Assembly: GCA_963704705.1 (NCBI GenBank) | Contig: OY969931.1 | Span: 1,170,001-1,202,000 of the forward strand | Origin: an uncultured bacterium | GTDB taxonomy: Bacteria; Patescibacteriota; Gracilibacteria; UBA1369; PNNO01 | DNA length: 32,000 bases | Reading direction: 5' to 3' | Shown: in pieces, positions 1 through 9,972 of the stretch | Layout of the letters: each line of letters opens with the position of its first letter | How positions within the stretch are numbered: the stretch's first letter is position 1 | Program-made: the position numbers and the translations under genes | Notes under the pieces: generated by a model | Seen by the model: the letters and a program-made list of their open reading frames with translations, nothing else | What the model was told of the DNA's origin: nothing | Database searches by the model: none

Positions 1-13
1 CGATGCACAAACT

Positions 14-2086
14 TTGGATAGAATCAAAGATATTTTAAACAGAAGCAATTGGGCTCTTAAAGAAATTTTTCTGGATGTGGAATCGGACAAAGATATGGAA
101 GTGCCAAAAAAACCTGAGGCTGAAGAGGAATCTGACATGCTGGAATTTGATAAAGAAAAAATTCTGGATCAGTTTAAAGATAACGGGCTGGTTAAGGATT
201 TTGAAGAGCGCGGTCCGCAAATTGAAATGGCTGAAAAAATTACAGATGCATTTAAAGATCATAAAAATTTAATAATTGAGGCGGGCACAGGCACAGGTAA
301 GTCGTTGGCGTATTTAATTCCATCTATTTATAAAGCTCTGAGCGATCAGACAACGGTTGTAATCGCGACGCACACAAAAAATCTGCAGGATCAGTTGTAC
401 AAAAAAGACCTGATTACAGCGCAAAAAGCAGTAGGTGCCAAATTTAAAACCGCAGTACTTAAAGGAAGGCAAAACTATTTGTCTGCCGAACGTTTGGCCC
501 AGTTTATGAAAAAGTCGTTTTTTTACGACCACGAAGTTACCATGTTGATTAAAATTTTAACGTGGCTTCCGCACACTGAAAACGGTGAAGTGGACGAGCT
601 GGCTTTGCAGGGGCGTGAACATTTTTCATGGCTTGATGTTTGTTGTGACGGGATTAAATGTCCGCATAATAAACCTGAATACGCAAACAAATGTTATCTT
701 TATCGTGCAAGACAAAAGGCTGCGAAAGCTGACCTGATTATTACAAATCACTCACTTGTTTTAACAGATACTATAGGCCCTACACAAATTTTACCTGAGT
801 ATAAATATCTGGTTGTGGATGAAGCACATCATCTTGAATCTGAGGCAACAAACGCATTAACAATCACTTTTACGCTCGATGGAATAAACAGGCCACTTGA
901 TAATCTTAAAGATCTGCTAAAACGCGAACCTGAATTTGTTGAGAAAATTGATGAGCTGCAAAGCAAAGTTGAAATGTTTTTTGGATTTTTGGGAATCTGT
1001 TATGAAAAGTTCATTAAGTACATAAATAATATTCAAAATTTAACGGTTAGTGATTATATTCGCGAATCTATTGAATGGGAAAGGCTAAAAAGCTCAACGG
1101 AATCAGTGGTTGTTAAAGCTGAAAATTTATATAAGAGTTTGCATGAATTTGCCGAGAACCATGACAATGAAGAATTCGCGAACTATGTTCAGTTCGAAAT
1201 GGAATCGATTGCGGAAATTGCCCGAAAACTGGGATTTGTGATTTTGGAGGACGGGGTGAGTGATTTTGGCCAGAGTATTGTCTGGATATTTGCGAAATAT
1301 GATGGTTCTCTTGGTATTAATTGTGCGCCTTTGCAGGTGCGTGAACATTTAAAAGGCACTTTGCTGCACGATAAAGAAAGCATAATTTTAACTTCAGCCA
1401 CTTTAACAGTTGATCATAAATTCGACTATATAAAGTATCAGCTTGGGCTTGATGATACTTTTGAAGGTGTAATGCTGGCTTCGCCATTTAAATATGAAGA
1501 TCAGGTTGAGGTTATTTTCTATAAAAACATGAAAGCGCCTGCCACCCCTGGTTATTTTGATGAAACCTGCGAAATAATTAAACGCGAAGCAATTGAAAAT
1601 GGCGGTAAAATGCTGGTTTTGTTCACAAGTAAAAAAGCCATTGAAGCTACATATTTAAAACTTGCGCCTGAACTTAAACTAAAAAATATTACTATTCTTG
1701 CACAGAATATGAGCGGAGGCAGAAATAAAATAATTGAACTTTTTAAGCAGGATCCAGATAATTGCGTGATTTTTGGAACAAACAGTTTTTGGGAAGGAAT
1801 AGACATAAAAGGCGGTGCACTAAACACTGTTATTATTCAAAAACTGCCGTTTGACCCGCCGGACGACCCTGTTCATTCGGCGAGGGGCAACTTATTTGAT
1901 AATTCATTTTTCGATTATCAGGTGCCGCGCGCGATTTTAAGGTTTAAGCAGGGCTTTGGCAGACTTATTCGTTCAACAAAAGACAGCGGACGTGTGATTG
2001 TTTTGGATTCGCGGGTTTTGAGCAAGTCGTATGGAGAACTGTTTTTGAATTCTTTGCCGGAGGGCGTGAAAATAAGCAGGATTTAA
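14..2086 (+). CDS. dinG: DinG/Rad3-family (XPD-like) ATP-dependent DNA helicase
   Basis: 690-aa ORF. Walker A AGTGTGKSLAY, DEAH box VVDEAHHL, a Cys cluster CCDGIKCPHNKPEYANKC between them (Fe-S type), and C-terminal helicase motifs (FGTNSFWEGID, QGFGRLIRS). The start is an uncertain TTG at 14, and the frame is open to the window edge. Confidence 0.8.
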   Translation: MDRIKDILNRSNWALKEIFLDVESDKDMEVPKKPEAEEESDMLEFDKEKILDQFKDNGLVKDFEERGPQIEMAEKITDAFKDHKNLIIEAGTGTGKSLAYLIPSIYKALSDQTTVVIATHTKNLQDQLYKKDLITAQKAVGAKFKTAVLKGRQNYLSAERLAQFMKKSFFYDHEVTMLIKILTWLPHTENGEVDELALQGREHFSWLDVCCDGIKCPHNKPEYANKCYLYRARQKAAKADLIITNHSLVLTDTIGPTQILPEYKYLVVDEAHHLESEATNALTITFTLDGINRPLDNLKDLLKREPEFVEKIDELQSKVEMFFGFLGICYEKFIKYINNIQNLTVSDYIRESIEWERLKSSTESVVVKAENLYKSLHEFAENHDNEEFANYVQFEMESIAEIARKLGFVILEDGVSDFGQSIVWIFAKYDGSLGINCAPLQVREHLKGTLLHDKESIILTSATLTVDHKFDYIKYQLGLDDTFEGVMLASPFKYEDQVEVIFYKNMKAPATPGYFDETCEIIKREAIENGGKMLVLFTSKKAIEATYLKLAPELKLKNITILAQNMSGGRNKIIELFKQDPDNCVIFGTNSFWEGIDIKGGALNTVIIQKLPFDPPDDPVHSARGNLFDNSFFDYQVPRAILRFKQGFGRLIRSTKDSGRVIVLDSRVLSKSYGELFLNSLPEGVKISRI

Positions 2087-3129
2087 TGGCGATAAGGGTC
2101 TTTAAACAAAGGGTGCCCGCCGCTAATGCTTTTTGAAGTTTGTTGTGCAATGCCTTGATCTAATTCAGCAAGTATTTCAAGTACTTTTGCTGCTTTAAGC
2201 ACTCTGCCTTCATATATTTCAAGTAAAACTTCCAATTGAAGACCTTCGGCTCGAGCATCTGCATTTGCTCTTACCGGTTCAGGAGTAAGCGCTTTTTTTG
2301 TTGCCCTTCTTCTTAATGATTCTTCATGCGGATCAAGAAAGCCTAAATCGCTGTAAATTGTTGTGTTTGGATTTCTTAAATATACTTCTTCACAAAGTTC
2401 TTTTGCTGTTTTTTTATCTCCAATTTTAATTAGCCAGTCACCATACGAAGCTACAACGTCTTCCATAAGACTATATAAATCTTCTTCAGCATCTTCAGGT
2501 AATCTGTTTAAATCTATGGTTCCGAGTAATGCCGTATTTAAAGCTGATTCAAAGCTTATTCGTACTTTTGAAACAATTTCGTCAATTGTTTGTTCATCAA
2601 GTTGACTTCTTAAATAATTTGCATATAAAAGTTCAGCTTCGGCCTGCATATTTATTGCTTCCTGAATCCCGGGTATGTGTTTATTAAAAGTCTTAAGTAA
2701 AGTAACTATTCTTAAAATATTTAAACGGTCATAACTTCTGAATTGCTCGTTTGTTATACCGTCATAATAATTCAAATGAATATCACCTACATCTTTTACC
2801 AAATCCCATGCTGAAAAACCGTCGTTTAATAATTCAGAAACTTTAATATAGCTATCCATTTCAGTAAAAAACCTCATTGATAATTCATTCGGATCGCCTC
2901 CTGCGATTTGCCCGGAAAGCTCCTGGTGTAAAGTTTCGGCTGTTATAATTAATAAATCTTTATGATCTTCAGGATTTTCATCAATCAGCCTTAATTTGGC
3001 TTCTGTTTCATTCAATTTTGAGTCTTCGGGAATTCTTTTTCTTTTAAGGTTACCGTAAAAATCTAACAATTCACGAAGTTGGTCTTGATTTTGAGGCATT
3101 TCAAACATAAATGAATTAATTATTTGCAA
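2083..3129 (-). CDS. hypothetical protein (348 aa)
   Basis: Long uninterrupted ORF convergent with the helicase; the two stop codons overlap at 2083-2086. No motif recognised. The start is TTG at 3129, with alternative ATGs a few codons in. Confidence 0.55.
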   Translation of the reverse strand: MQIINSFMFEMPQNQDQLRELLDFYGNLKRKRIPEDSKLNETEAKLRLIDENPEDHKDLLIITAETLHQELSGQIAGGDPNELSMRFFTEMDSYIKVSELLNDGFSAWDLVKDVGDIHLNYYDGITNEQFRSYDRLNILRIVTLLKTFNKHIPGIQEAINMQAEAELLYANYLRSQLDEQTIDEIVSKVRISFESALNTALLGTIDLNRLPEDAEEDLYSLMEDVVASYGDWLIKIGDKKTAKELCEEVYLRNPNTTIYSDLGFLDPHEESLRRRATKKALTPEPVRANADARAEGLQLEVLLEIYEGRVLKAAKVLEILAELDQGIAQQTSKSISGGHPLFKDPYRH

Positions 3130-3206
3130 GGATACAATTTAAAACTAAAGATGTGTTATTGTCAAGTCTTTTTGACCTTGATAATGTAATTATTTGTTTT
3201 TCAGTA

Positions 3207-3235
3207 TTGACATTTTTAGGGGCGGTTACTAGAAT
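3207..3235 (+). promoter_or_regulatory. sigma70-like promoter candidate for the V-ATPase operon
   Basis: TTGACA (3207-3212), 17-nt spacer, TAGAAT (3230-3235), about 27 nt upstream of the first operon ATG at 3262. Confidence 0.45.
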
Positions 3236-3261
3236 CTTTTGGACAATAAACCAATATAGCT

Positions 3262-3582
3262 ATGACTAACGACCCAGTACAACAAATTAAAGAGGCAGAG
3301 GCTAAAGCCAGCCAAAAAATTGCAGATCTAAATAAAAGACATCATACAGACCTGGAAGAATACAGGATCAAGAAAGAAAAAGACCTTGAAGAATCAAAGG
3401 AAAGTTTAAGAAAAAAAGGTCAGGAATCATTGGAAAAAGCAAAGCAGGAGGCTATGACTGAATTTAAAAAAATTACTGAAGATGAAGATCACAGAAGATC
3501 TTCTCTTATTAGTGCAGCTAGTTCTAAAAAAGGCGAAGCTGTAAAATTGATTACTCAAGCATTTGAAAAACAATTAACTTAA
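3262..3582 (+). CDS. V/A-type ATPase peripheral-stalk subunit (G/H-like; positional equivalent of E. hirae NtpF)
   Basis: 106-aa highly charged, coiled-coil-type sequence (KEAEAKASQKIADLNKRHH...). It is the first gene of the operon, directly upstream of subunit I. The call rests on position and composition only. Confidence 0.55.
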   Translation: MTNDPVQQIKEAEAKASQKIADLNKRHHTDLEEYRIKKEKDLEESKESLRKKGQESLEKAKQEAMTEFKKITEDEDHRRSSLISAASSKKGEAVKLITQAFEKQLT

Positions 3583-3603
3583 TATTAACGCGCTCAAAGA
3601 GAT

Positions 3604-5586
3604 ATGGCTGTAATAGCAATGCAAAAAGTAAAACTTGTTGGTCTGACTGCTCACAAGCAGAAGCTGCTTGATACAATGCAGAGGCTGGGAGTAATGGAAG
3701 TAACTGAAATAATAGGCGACAAAAAAGAAGCTCTAGATCAAGTAAAACTCGAAGCTGCACAGGGTGTGGAACTAAATATTGCCAATATTGAGTTTGCTCT
3801 TAAACTTATTAAGCCTTTTGCCAAACAAAGGTCTTTGTTTGAGGGCCCGCTTACTATGAGTATTGATGATGTTAAGAAAAAAGCACATGAATATGATTTT
3901 GATGAAGTTATTGCTAAATGCCGTGAAATAGAAGATATTCAGGTTGGTCTTAAAAACGAACAGGCTGCTTTAATACAGACAAAAGATGAGCTTGAACCTT
4001 GGGCAAAATTAAAAACCCAGCTTGATCACCTTGGTGAAACAGATACAACCTATACTTTATTAGGAGTTGTTCAAAAAACTTCTTTTGATGAATTTAAAAA
4101 AGCAGTAACAGAAATTTCTAAGCTTGTTAATCTTGAAAAAGTAAACGAAACAGAATCAACTGTTTATTTATGTCTTACATTTACAAAAGATCTTGCTAAA
4201 AAAGCACGTGAAGTAATGATGGAATATAAATTCAGTGAAACAGAACTTCCAAATGTTTCAAGATCAGCAAGAAAAGAAATTGAGAAAATTGAAGACAGAC
4301 TTAATGAAATCGAAGGCGAACTTGAAACACAGGATGATGCTTTAAAGATTATTGCAAAAGAAAATAATAATTTACAAATAGTTCACGACTTCTTTGTTTG
4401 GGAAAGAGACCGAATTTACGCTGAGCAGATGGCGGAGAACACAGATTACAGTTTTGCATTTGAAGGATGGGTGCCAATCAGGCAAATCAAAAAAATTAAA
4501 GAAACACTTGAAGATCAAACAAAAGCATTTGATTTGGTCGAGGTTGAACCTAATGAAGGTGAGCAGGCTCCGGTTGCAATAGTAAATAAAGGGATTTTCG
4601 GAACATTCGAAGCAGTTACAAATATATATGGACTGCCTTTGCCAAGAGAAGTTGATCCAACACCGTTTTTGGCTGGATTCTTTATTATATTCTTTGGACT
4701 TTGTTTGACTGATGCCGGATACGGAATAGTTTTATTTGTAGTTTGTGCTTTGGCACTTAAATTTTTGAAATTTAATGAAGGAATGAAGAAACTTGTTAAG
4801 TTAATAATGCTCGGAGGTATAGTTACTTTTATCCTTGGAGCTTTATTTGGAGGATGGTTCGGAATGACACCTGAACAGGCTCCTGGATTCTTAACTTTCA
4901 CAAATTCGGATGGTGATTTAGCATTTAAATGGCAGGTAATTAATCCAACTAGGGGTAACGGACCATTAATGTTCTTGATACTTGCGGGTATCCTTGGATA
5001 TTTACAGGTGTTATTTGGAATTTTAATTGATGGATTCTGGAAGATTAAACTCGGAAAAGTTTGGGATGCTATATTCGATAGTTTCTTTTGGTTTTACTTC
5101 CTTGTAATTATGGGATTATTCGGGCTTTCTCAGGCAGGAATTTTCCTTGGAGATTATAAAAGCGCAATTGTATGGCTTGTTTGGATTGGTGTTGCAGGCC
5201 TTGTGCTTACGCAGGGAAGATCACAAAAAAATATTGTACTTAAATTTTTAAGCGGAGTGCTTTCGTTATATGGAATCGTTGGATACTTCGCTGATATATT
5301 GAGCTACTCTCGTTTAATGGCACTCGGACTCGGAACAGGTATTATTGGATTTGCATTCAATACTATTGCAGGACTTGTAAGTCCTATTCCATTCCTTGGA
5401 ATAATATTTGCAATAATTGTTATACTAATAGGACATACTTTAAATATCGCGATCTCAACTTTGGGCGCATATATCCACTCTTCACGTCTTCAGTTTGTGG
5501 AATTCTTCGGTAAGTTTATGGAAGGCGGAGGAAGAGCCTGGAAACCCTTACGTAAAGCATGTAAATACATAATTATAACCCAATAA
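3604..5586 (+). CDS. ntpI: V/A-type ATPase subunit I (a-subunit, membrane stator)
   Basis: 660 aa. Soluble coiled-coil N-terminal half and multi-TM C-terminal half ending in the conserved YSRLMALGL...HSSRLQFVEF region typical of subunit I/a. Operon position supports the call. Confidence 0.85.
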   Translation: MAVIAMQKVKLVGLTAHKQKLLDTMQRLGVMEVTEIIGDKKEALDQVKLEAAQGVELNIANIEFALKLIKPFAKQRSLFEGPLTMSIDDVKKKAHEYDFDEVIAKCREIEDIQVGLKNEQAALIQTKDELEPWAKLKTQLDHLGETDTTYTLLGVVQKTSFDEFKKAVTEISKLVNLEKVNETESTVYLCLTFTKDLAKKAREVMMEYKFSETELPNVSRSARKEIEKIEDRLNEIEGELETQDDALKIIAKENNNLQIVHDFFVWERDRIYAEQMAENTDYSFAFEGWVPIRQIKKIKETLEDQTKAFDLVEVEPNEGEQAPVAIVNKGIFGTFEAVTNIYGLPLPREVDPTPFLAGFFIIFFGLCLTDAGYGIVLFVVCALALKFLKFNEGMKKLVKLIMLGGIVTFILGALFGGWFGMTPEQAPGFLTFTNSDGDLAFKWQVINPTRGNGPLMFLILAGILGYLQVLFGILIDGFWKIKLGKVWDAIFDSFFWFYFLVIMGLFGLSQAGIFLGDYKSAIVWLVWIGVAGLVLTQGRSQKNIVLKFLSGVLSLYGIVGYFADILSYSRLMALGLGTGIIGFAFNTIAGLVSPIPFLGIIFAIIVILIGHTLNIAISTLGAYIHSSRLQFVEFFGKFMEGGGRAWKPLRKACKYIIITQ

Positions 5587-5588
5587 AT

Positions 5589-6074
5589 ATGTTTGAAATC
5601 ACAACAGGATTGGCACTCGCAGTGGGCGGAGCAGCACTTTCTGCAGCACTCGGCGGCATCGGATCATCTATCGGTGTTGGAATTGCCGGTCAGTCAGGAA
5701 CAGGAGTGATCAGTGAAAAACCTGAACTTTTTGGTAAGATCCTACTTTTGCAGGCTCTTCCAGGTACACAGGGTATCTATGGATTCCTTGGTGCGCTTCT
5801 AATCCTTATCCAGGTAGGAATAATCGGAGGCGGAGGCGCTGAAATCAGCCTTTCAACAGGATGGCAGTTTTTCTTTGCTGGTTTACCGGTTGGTCTTGCT
5901 GGTCTTGCTTCTGGTATTTATCAGGGTAGAGTATCTGCTTCTGGTTTAAACGCAGTTGCAAAAGACGCTACTAACACAGGTAAAGCGGTAATCATGGCAG
6001 CGATGGTAGAAACATACGCTGTACTTGGACTTTTGGTATCTGTACTTTTGATCTTTGGTATTAAAGTAGCTTAA
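5589..6074 (+). CDS. ntpK: V/A-type ATPase subunit K (c-ring proteolipid, 4-TM form)
   Basis: 161 aa, glycine-rich with four hydrophobic helices. PGTQGIYGF, SGIYQGRV and AAMVETYAVLG closely match my memory of E. hirae NtpK. Confidence 0.9.
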   Translation: MFEITTGLALAVGGAALSAALGGIGSSIGVGIAGQSGTGVISEKPELFGKILLLQALPGTQGIYGFLGALLILIQVGIIGGGGAEISLSTGWQFFFAGLPVGLAGLASGIYQGRVSASGLNAVAKDATNTGKAVIMAAMVETYAVLGLLVSVLLIFGIKVA

Positions 6075-6149
6075 TTGAAATCATTGTTTATTGTAGAGCT
6101 CCTTTAAACAAGGGGGCTCCCTGAAAATAATGATATAACCCAATATAAA

Positions 6150-6716
6150 ATGGCTTTAGCAGATATCCTTGAAGAAATTAAAAAGGAAGCTGACGGAAAA
6201 CTAAAAACTCTTGAAAAAGAGCATGCTGACAAACTTAAAGGTCTTGATACCCAGTTTGATGAAAAGAAAAAAACAGCGGAAGCTGAAATGGATGAACAGG
6301 TAGCTGAAAATTCCAAGAAAATCCTGAATAAAATGACAACTCACGCAAAGATGGAAGCAAAAAATAAATTAATGAGAGAAAAACGTGAATTAATGGAAGG
6401 TATTTTTGAAGAAGCTTTGGATCAATTGGTAAATAGTTCTAATTATCAGGAAATTCTTGTCAGTTTACTAAAACATTCAAAAATTGGTGACGGCGACGTA
6501 ACTGTTTGCCCTGCAAAAGGAAAAGAAGCTGAAACAAAAGCAGCAATTCATGCTGCGGGAAAAGACTATAAATTAAGTGATAAACCATTGAATATAAAAG
6601 GCGGATTTGTGCTTACAACAGACAAAATCGAAATCGACAACTCATTTGAATCAATTCTTTACAAGCAATTAAAAGACGACCTTGAACTAGAGGTTGCTCA
6701 AAGTTTATTTTCATAA
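6150..6716 (+). CDS. ntpE: V/A-type ATPase subunit E
   Basis: 188 aa. Long charged N-terminal helix and globular C-terminus. Operon position between K and C. Confidence 0.75.
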   Translation: MALADILEEIKKEADGKLKTLEKEHADKLKGLDTQFDEKKKTAEAEMDEQVAENSKKILNKMTTHAKMEAKNKLMREKRELMEGIFEEALDQLVNSSNYQEILVSLLKHSKIGDGDVTVCPAKGKEAETKAAIHAAGKDYKLSDKPLNIKGGFVLTTDKIEIDNSFESILYKQLKDDLELEVAQSLFS

Positions 6717-6719
6717 ATT

Positions 6720-7739
6720 ATGGATAACACATCATTCGCACAATCAGTGGCATGGATAAGAGTTCTGGAGACAAAATTGCTTTCAGAGAACGAGCTTGAT
6801 CGTATGGTTTTGGCTCCGAATGCAAAAGATGCTTATAAAATTCTTAATGAAACAGATTATTCTTCGTTTATCGGTGATAATGTTGATAATTTTCAGGAAG
6901 TTATCAATGCGGGATTAAAAGAATCAAAAGAACTTGTTGAGAGAATTGTTCCTTATAAAGACATATTTAATATTCTTTGGTTCAGATATGACTTTCACAA
7001 CATGAAAGTTATGTTAAAGGCAAAGAACAGCGGTAAGGCTTTTGAGGATGTTGCCGATTACTGTTATGACTTTGGTGCGGTTGCTCTTGAAAGAATGCGC
7101 AAATTCGTAATGGACTCGGAAGATGCGGGATTCGGACTTAGTGAAGTATTTGAAAAATACATTAAAGAAAGCGCAAAACTTGCACAGGCGGAATTTGAAA
7201 AAACAAATGATCCTCAAATGATTGATATTGTTTTGGATAAAAGATTCTGCTGGATTATAAATGACCTTTCAGAAAAAAGCGGAAATAAATTCTTGGATGA
7301 ATTCACAAATAAATATATTGATCTTAAAAATGTTGAGCTGTTTATGCGGCTTAAAATTCAAAAACGTGAAGAGGATTTGTTGGAAAAAGGATTTATTGAG
7401 GGCGGAACACTTGAAAAATACAGATTTATTGATAGCTTTAGAAAAGACATTGCTGATTTTGCTGAAAGCATGCGGCACACTGACTACGGAGATATTATAA
7501 GAGATGCGGTAAAAGGTTACGAAGAAGAAAAATCTTTTGTAAAACTTGATAAACTTTCATACGACTACCTTAATAATTATATTCAGAGCGCAAAGAGAAT
7601 GGCTCTTGGCCCTGAACCGGTTTTTGCTTATTTCTGGGCAAAAAAGAACAATGCACAGATTATAAGAAGTGTGATGGTTGGCAAACTTAATGATGTTGAA
7701 CCTGATCACATCCGAAAAATGATTCGTAACTTATATTAA
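6720..7739 (+). CDS. ntpC: V/A-type ATPase subunit C (eukaryotic d equivalent)
   Basis: 339 aa. Size and position between E and F are as in ntp/atp V-type operons. Confidence 0.75.
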   Translation: MDNTSFAQSVAWIRVLETKLLSENELDRMVLAPNAKDAYKILNETDYSSFIGDNVDNFQEVINAGLKESKELVERIVPYKDIFNILWFRYDFHNMKVMLKAKNSGKAFEDVADYCYDFGAVALERMRKFVMDSEDAGFGLSEVFEKYIKESAKLAQAEFEKTNDPQMIDIVLDKRFCWIINDLSEKSGNKFLDEFTNKYIDLKNVELFMRLKIQKREEDLLEKGFIEGGTLEKYRFIDSFRKDIADFAESMRHTDYGDIIRDAVKGYEEEKSFVKLDKLSYDYLNNYIQSAKRMALGPEPVFAYFWAKKNNAQIIRSVMVGKLNDVEPDHIRKMIRNLY

Positions 7740-7781
7740 ACAGAGCGCAGCGCTAGCGGAGCTCTAAAATCCCTATAAAAT

Positions 7782-8141
7782 ATGGCAAAAGAACAATACA
7801 AATTGGCAATTATCGGAACAAAAGACCAAATTTTAGGCTTTAAAGCTTTGGGAGCAACTGCTGTAAATGCGGGCAATGCCGACGAAGCAAAAGAAAGACT
7901 TTTTGAACTTGTTGCTGAAGAAATTGAACTTGAAGACGGAGAAACAAGAAAAAAATACGCAATTATTTTTATTCTTGAGGAGTATATGGCTACGCTTACC
8001 AAAGAAGATTACAAAAAACTTAATAAAGAAGCTTTACCTGCTGTTGTGCCAATCCCTGGCGTTAAAGGAACTGCCGGATTCGGATTAACACGAATTAAAA
8101 GAATGGTGGAACAGGCGGTTGGAAGCGATATATTCGGGTGA
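7782..8141 (+). CDS. V/A-type ATPase subunit F
   Basis: 119 aa. It begins KLAIIGTKDQILGFKALG, the typical subunit F N-terminus, and lies directly upstream of subunit A. It is one of the few genes here ending in TGA. Confidence 0.8.
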   Translation: MAKEQYKLAIIGTKDQILGFKALGATAVNAGNADEAKERLFELVAEEIELEDGETRKKYAIIFILEEYMATLTKEDYKKLNKEALPAVVPIPGVKGTAGFGLTRIKRMVEQAVGSDIFG

Positions 8142-8190
8142 TACACTAAGTAACCCCCCCCTTACTAAGTAACTAATTAAATTTATACAT

Positions 8191-9951
8191 ATGGAAAAAC
8201 AAGGAACAATTATAAAGGTGTCTGGGCCGCTTGTAGTGGCTAAGGGCATGGAAGGGGCACTAATGTACGAAGTAGTACGTGTGTCTGATAAAAAACTTAT
8301 CGGTGAGATCATCGGTATTGATGGAGATAAGGCTTCAATTCAGGTATATGAAGAAACTGCCGGAGTTGGTCCTGGTGAGCCGGTTTATCCAACTGGTGAA
8401 ACCATGACAGTTGAACTTGGCCCTGGATTATTGCAGTCAATCTACGACGGTATCCAGAGACCTCTGCCTTTGCTTCAAAAAGCTGCAGGTGAATATATTA
8501 CAAGAGGAATTGATGTACCAGGACTTGATAGGGAGAAAACATGGGATTTCCAGGCAAAGAAATCAACAGGCGACAAAGTGGTTGGAGGCGATGTTTTGGG
8601 AGTAGTGCAGGAAACTTCACTTATTGAGCACAGAATTATGTGTCCGCCTGCTATAAGCGGAACAGTAAAAGAAATTAAAAGCGGATCTCACAATATCGAG
8701 GCGGTTATTGCAGTAATTGAAGACGCTGACGGAAAAGAACACAAAGTTACAATGTTACAGAAATGGCCTATCAGAAACCCAAGACCGGTTAAAACCAAAG
8801 CGGTTCCAAATAAACCGCTTGTGAGTGGAACAAGAATTCTTGATACGCTTTTCCCATTGGCTAAGGGTGGTGCAGGTTGTATTCCCGGGCCGTTCGGAGC
8901 AGGAAAAACAGTAACACAGCAGACACTTGCAAAGTTCTGTGATGCGGAAATTATCGTTTACATCGGTTGCGGAGAACGCGGTAACGAGATGACTGATGTA
9001 CTTATGGAATTCCCTGAACTGGAAGATCCAAATACAGGAGAAAAATTGATGAAACGTACGGTTATGGTGGCTAACACTTCTAACATGCCGGTAGCTGCAC
9101 GTGAAGCGTCAATTTATACAGGTGTAACTATCGCTGAATACTTTAGAGATATGGGATACAGTGTTGCGCTTATGGCGGATTCGACTTCTAGATGGGCTGA
9201 GGCTTTACGTGAAATGTCGGGTCGTCTTGAAGAAATGCCGGGTGAAGAAGGATATCCTGCTTACCTTGGTTCAAGAACAGCGCAGTTCTATGAAAGATCA
9301 GGAATCGTTAAATGTTTGGGAAATGAAGAAAGAGAAGGTTCGCTTACACTTATTGGAGCGGTATCGCCTCCGGGTGGAGACCTTTCTGAACCGGTTACAC
9401 AGAACACTCTTCGTGTAACAAAAGTATTCTGGGGATTGGATGCAAAACTTGCGTACAGACGTCACTTCCCGGCTATTAACTGGCTTTCGTCTTATACACT
9501 TTATGTAGATAACATTAAAGATTACTGGAAGAATGAAATCTCACCTGATTTTGCTGAAACAAGAACACAGGCAATGAGTATTCTTCAGCAGGAAGCAAAG
9601 CTTGAGGAAATCGTTAGATTAGTTGGTATGGACGCTTTAAGTCCAAAAGAACGTCTTACTATGACAACTGCAAAGTCGATTAGAGAAGACTTTTTATTCC
9701 AGAACGCATTCGACAAAGTTGATGCTTTCACACCGCTTAAAAAGCAATTTATGATGCTTAAATCAATCATGAATATCTACAACATTGCTCAAAATGTGGT
9801 TGATGATGAAGATTTCAACTTTGAAGACCTGTTAAATCTTCCTTGTATGGAAAGAGTAACAAAATGTAAGAATATCGCTCCTGATGCAGAAGATGAATTC
9901 AAAAAGCTTTGGGAAGATACAGAGCGTGAAATTATGAGTCTGCAGAAATAA
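8191..9951 (+). CDS. ntpA: V/A-type ATPase catalytic subunit A
   Basis: 586 aa. Walker [10 protein letters not shown], and [27 protein letters not shown], a signature of A subunits. Confidence 0.97.
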   Translation: MEKQGTIIKVSGPLVVAKGMEGALMYEVVRVSDKKLIGEIIGIDGDKASIQVYEETAGVGPGEPVYPTGETMTVELGPGLLQSIYDGIQRPLPLLQKAAGEYITRGIDVPGLDREKTWDFQAKKSTGDKVVGGDVLGVVQETSLIEHRIMCPPAISGTVKEIKSGSHNIEAVIAVIEDADGKEHKVTMLQKWPIRNPRPVKTKAVPNKPLVSGTRILDTLFPLAKGGAGCIPGPFGAGKTVTQQTLAKFCDAEIIVYIGCGERGNEMTDVLMEFPELEDPNTGEKLMKRTVMVANTSNMPVAAREASIYTGVTIAEYFRDMGYSVALMADSTSRWAEALREMSGRLEEMPGEEGYPAYLGSRTAQFYERSGIVKCLGNEEREGSLTLIGAVSPPGGDLSEPVTQNTLRVTKVFWGLDAKLAYRRHFPAINWLSSYTLYVDNIKDYWKNEISPDFAETRTQAMSILQQEAKLEEIVRLVGMDALSPKERLTMTTAKSIREDFLFQNAFDKVDAFTPLKKQFMMLKSIMNIYNIAQNVVDDEDFNFEDLLNLPCMERVTKCKNIAPDAEDEFKKLWEDTEREIMSLQK

Positions 9952-9972
9952 TTAATCTAACCTTTATATAAA

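Noticed and set aside
2083-2086. Overlapping stop codons of convergent dinG and the 348-aa gene, and the 17-nt 3' overlap of ORF 12013-12408 with the recombinase gene.
   Set aside because: Compact convergent gene ends are common in small, AT-rich genomes. No additional structure or signal is visible there.
6075-6149. Hairpin gagctcc-N10-ggggctc between ntpK and ntpE, considered as an intra-operon attenuator.
   Set aside because: The stem is only 7 bp with a G-U pair, and no T-tract follows. The evidence is too weak to call.
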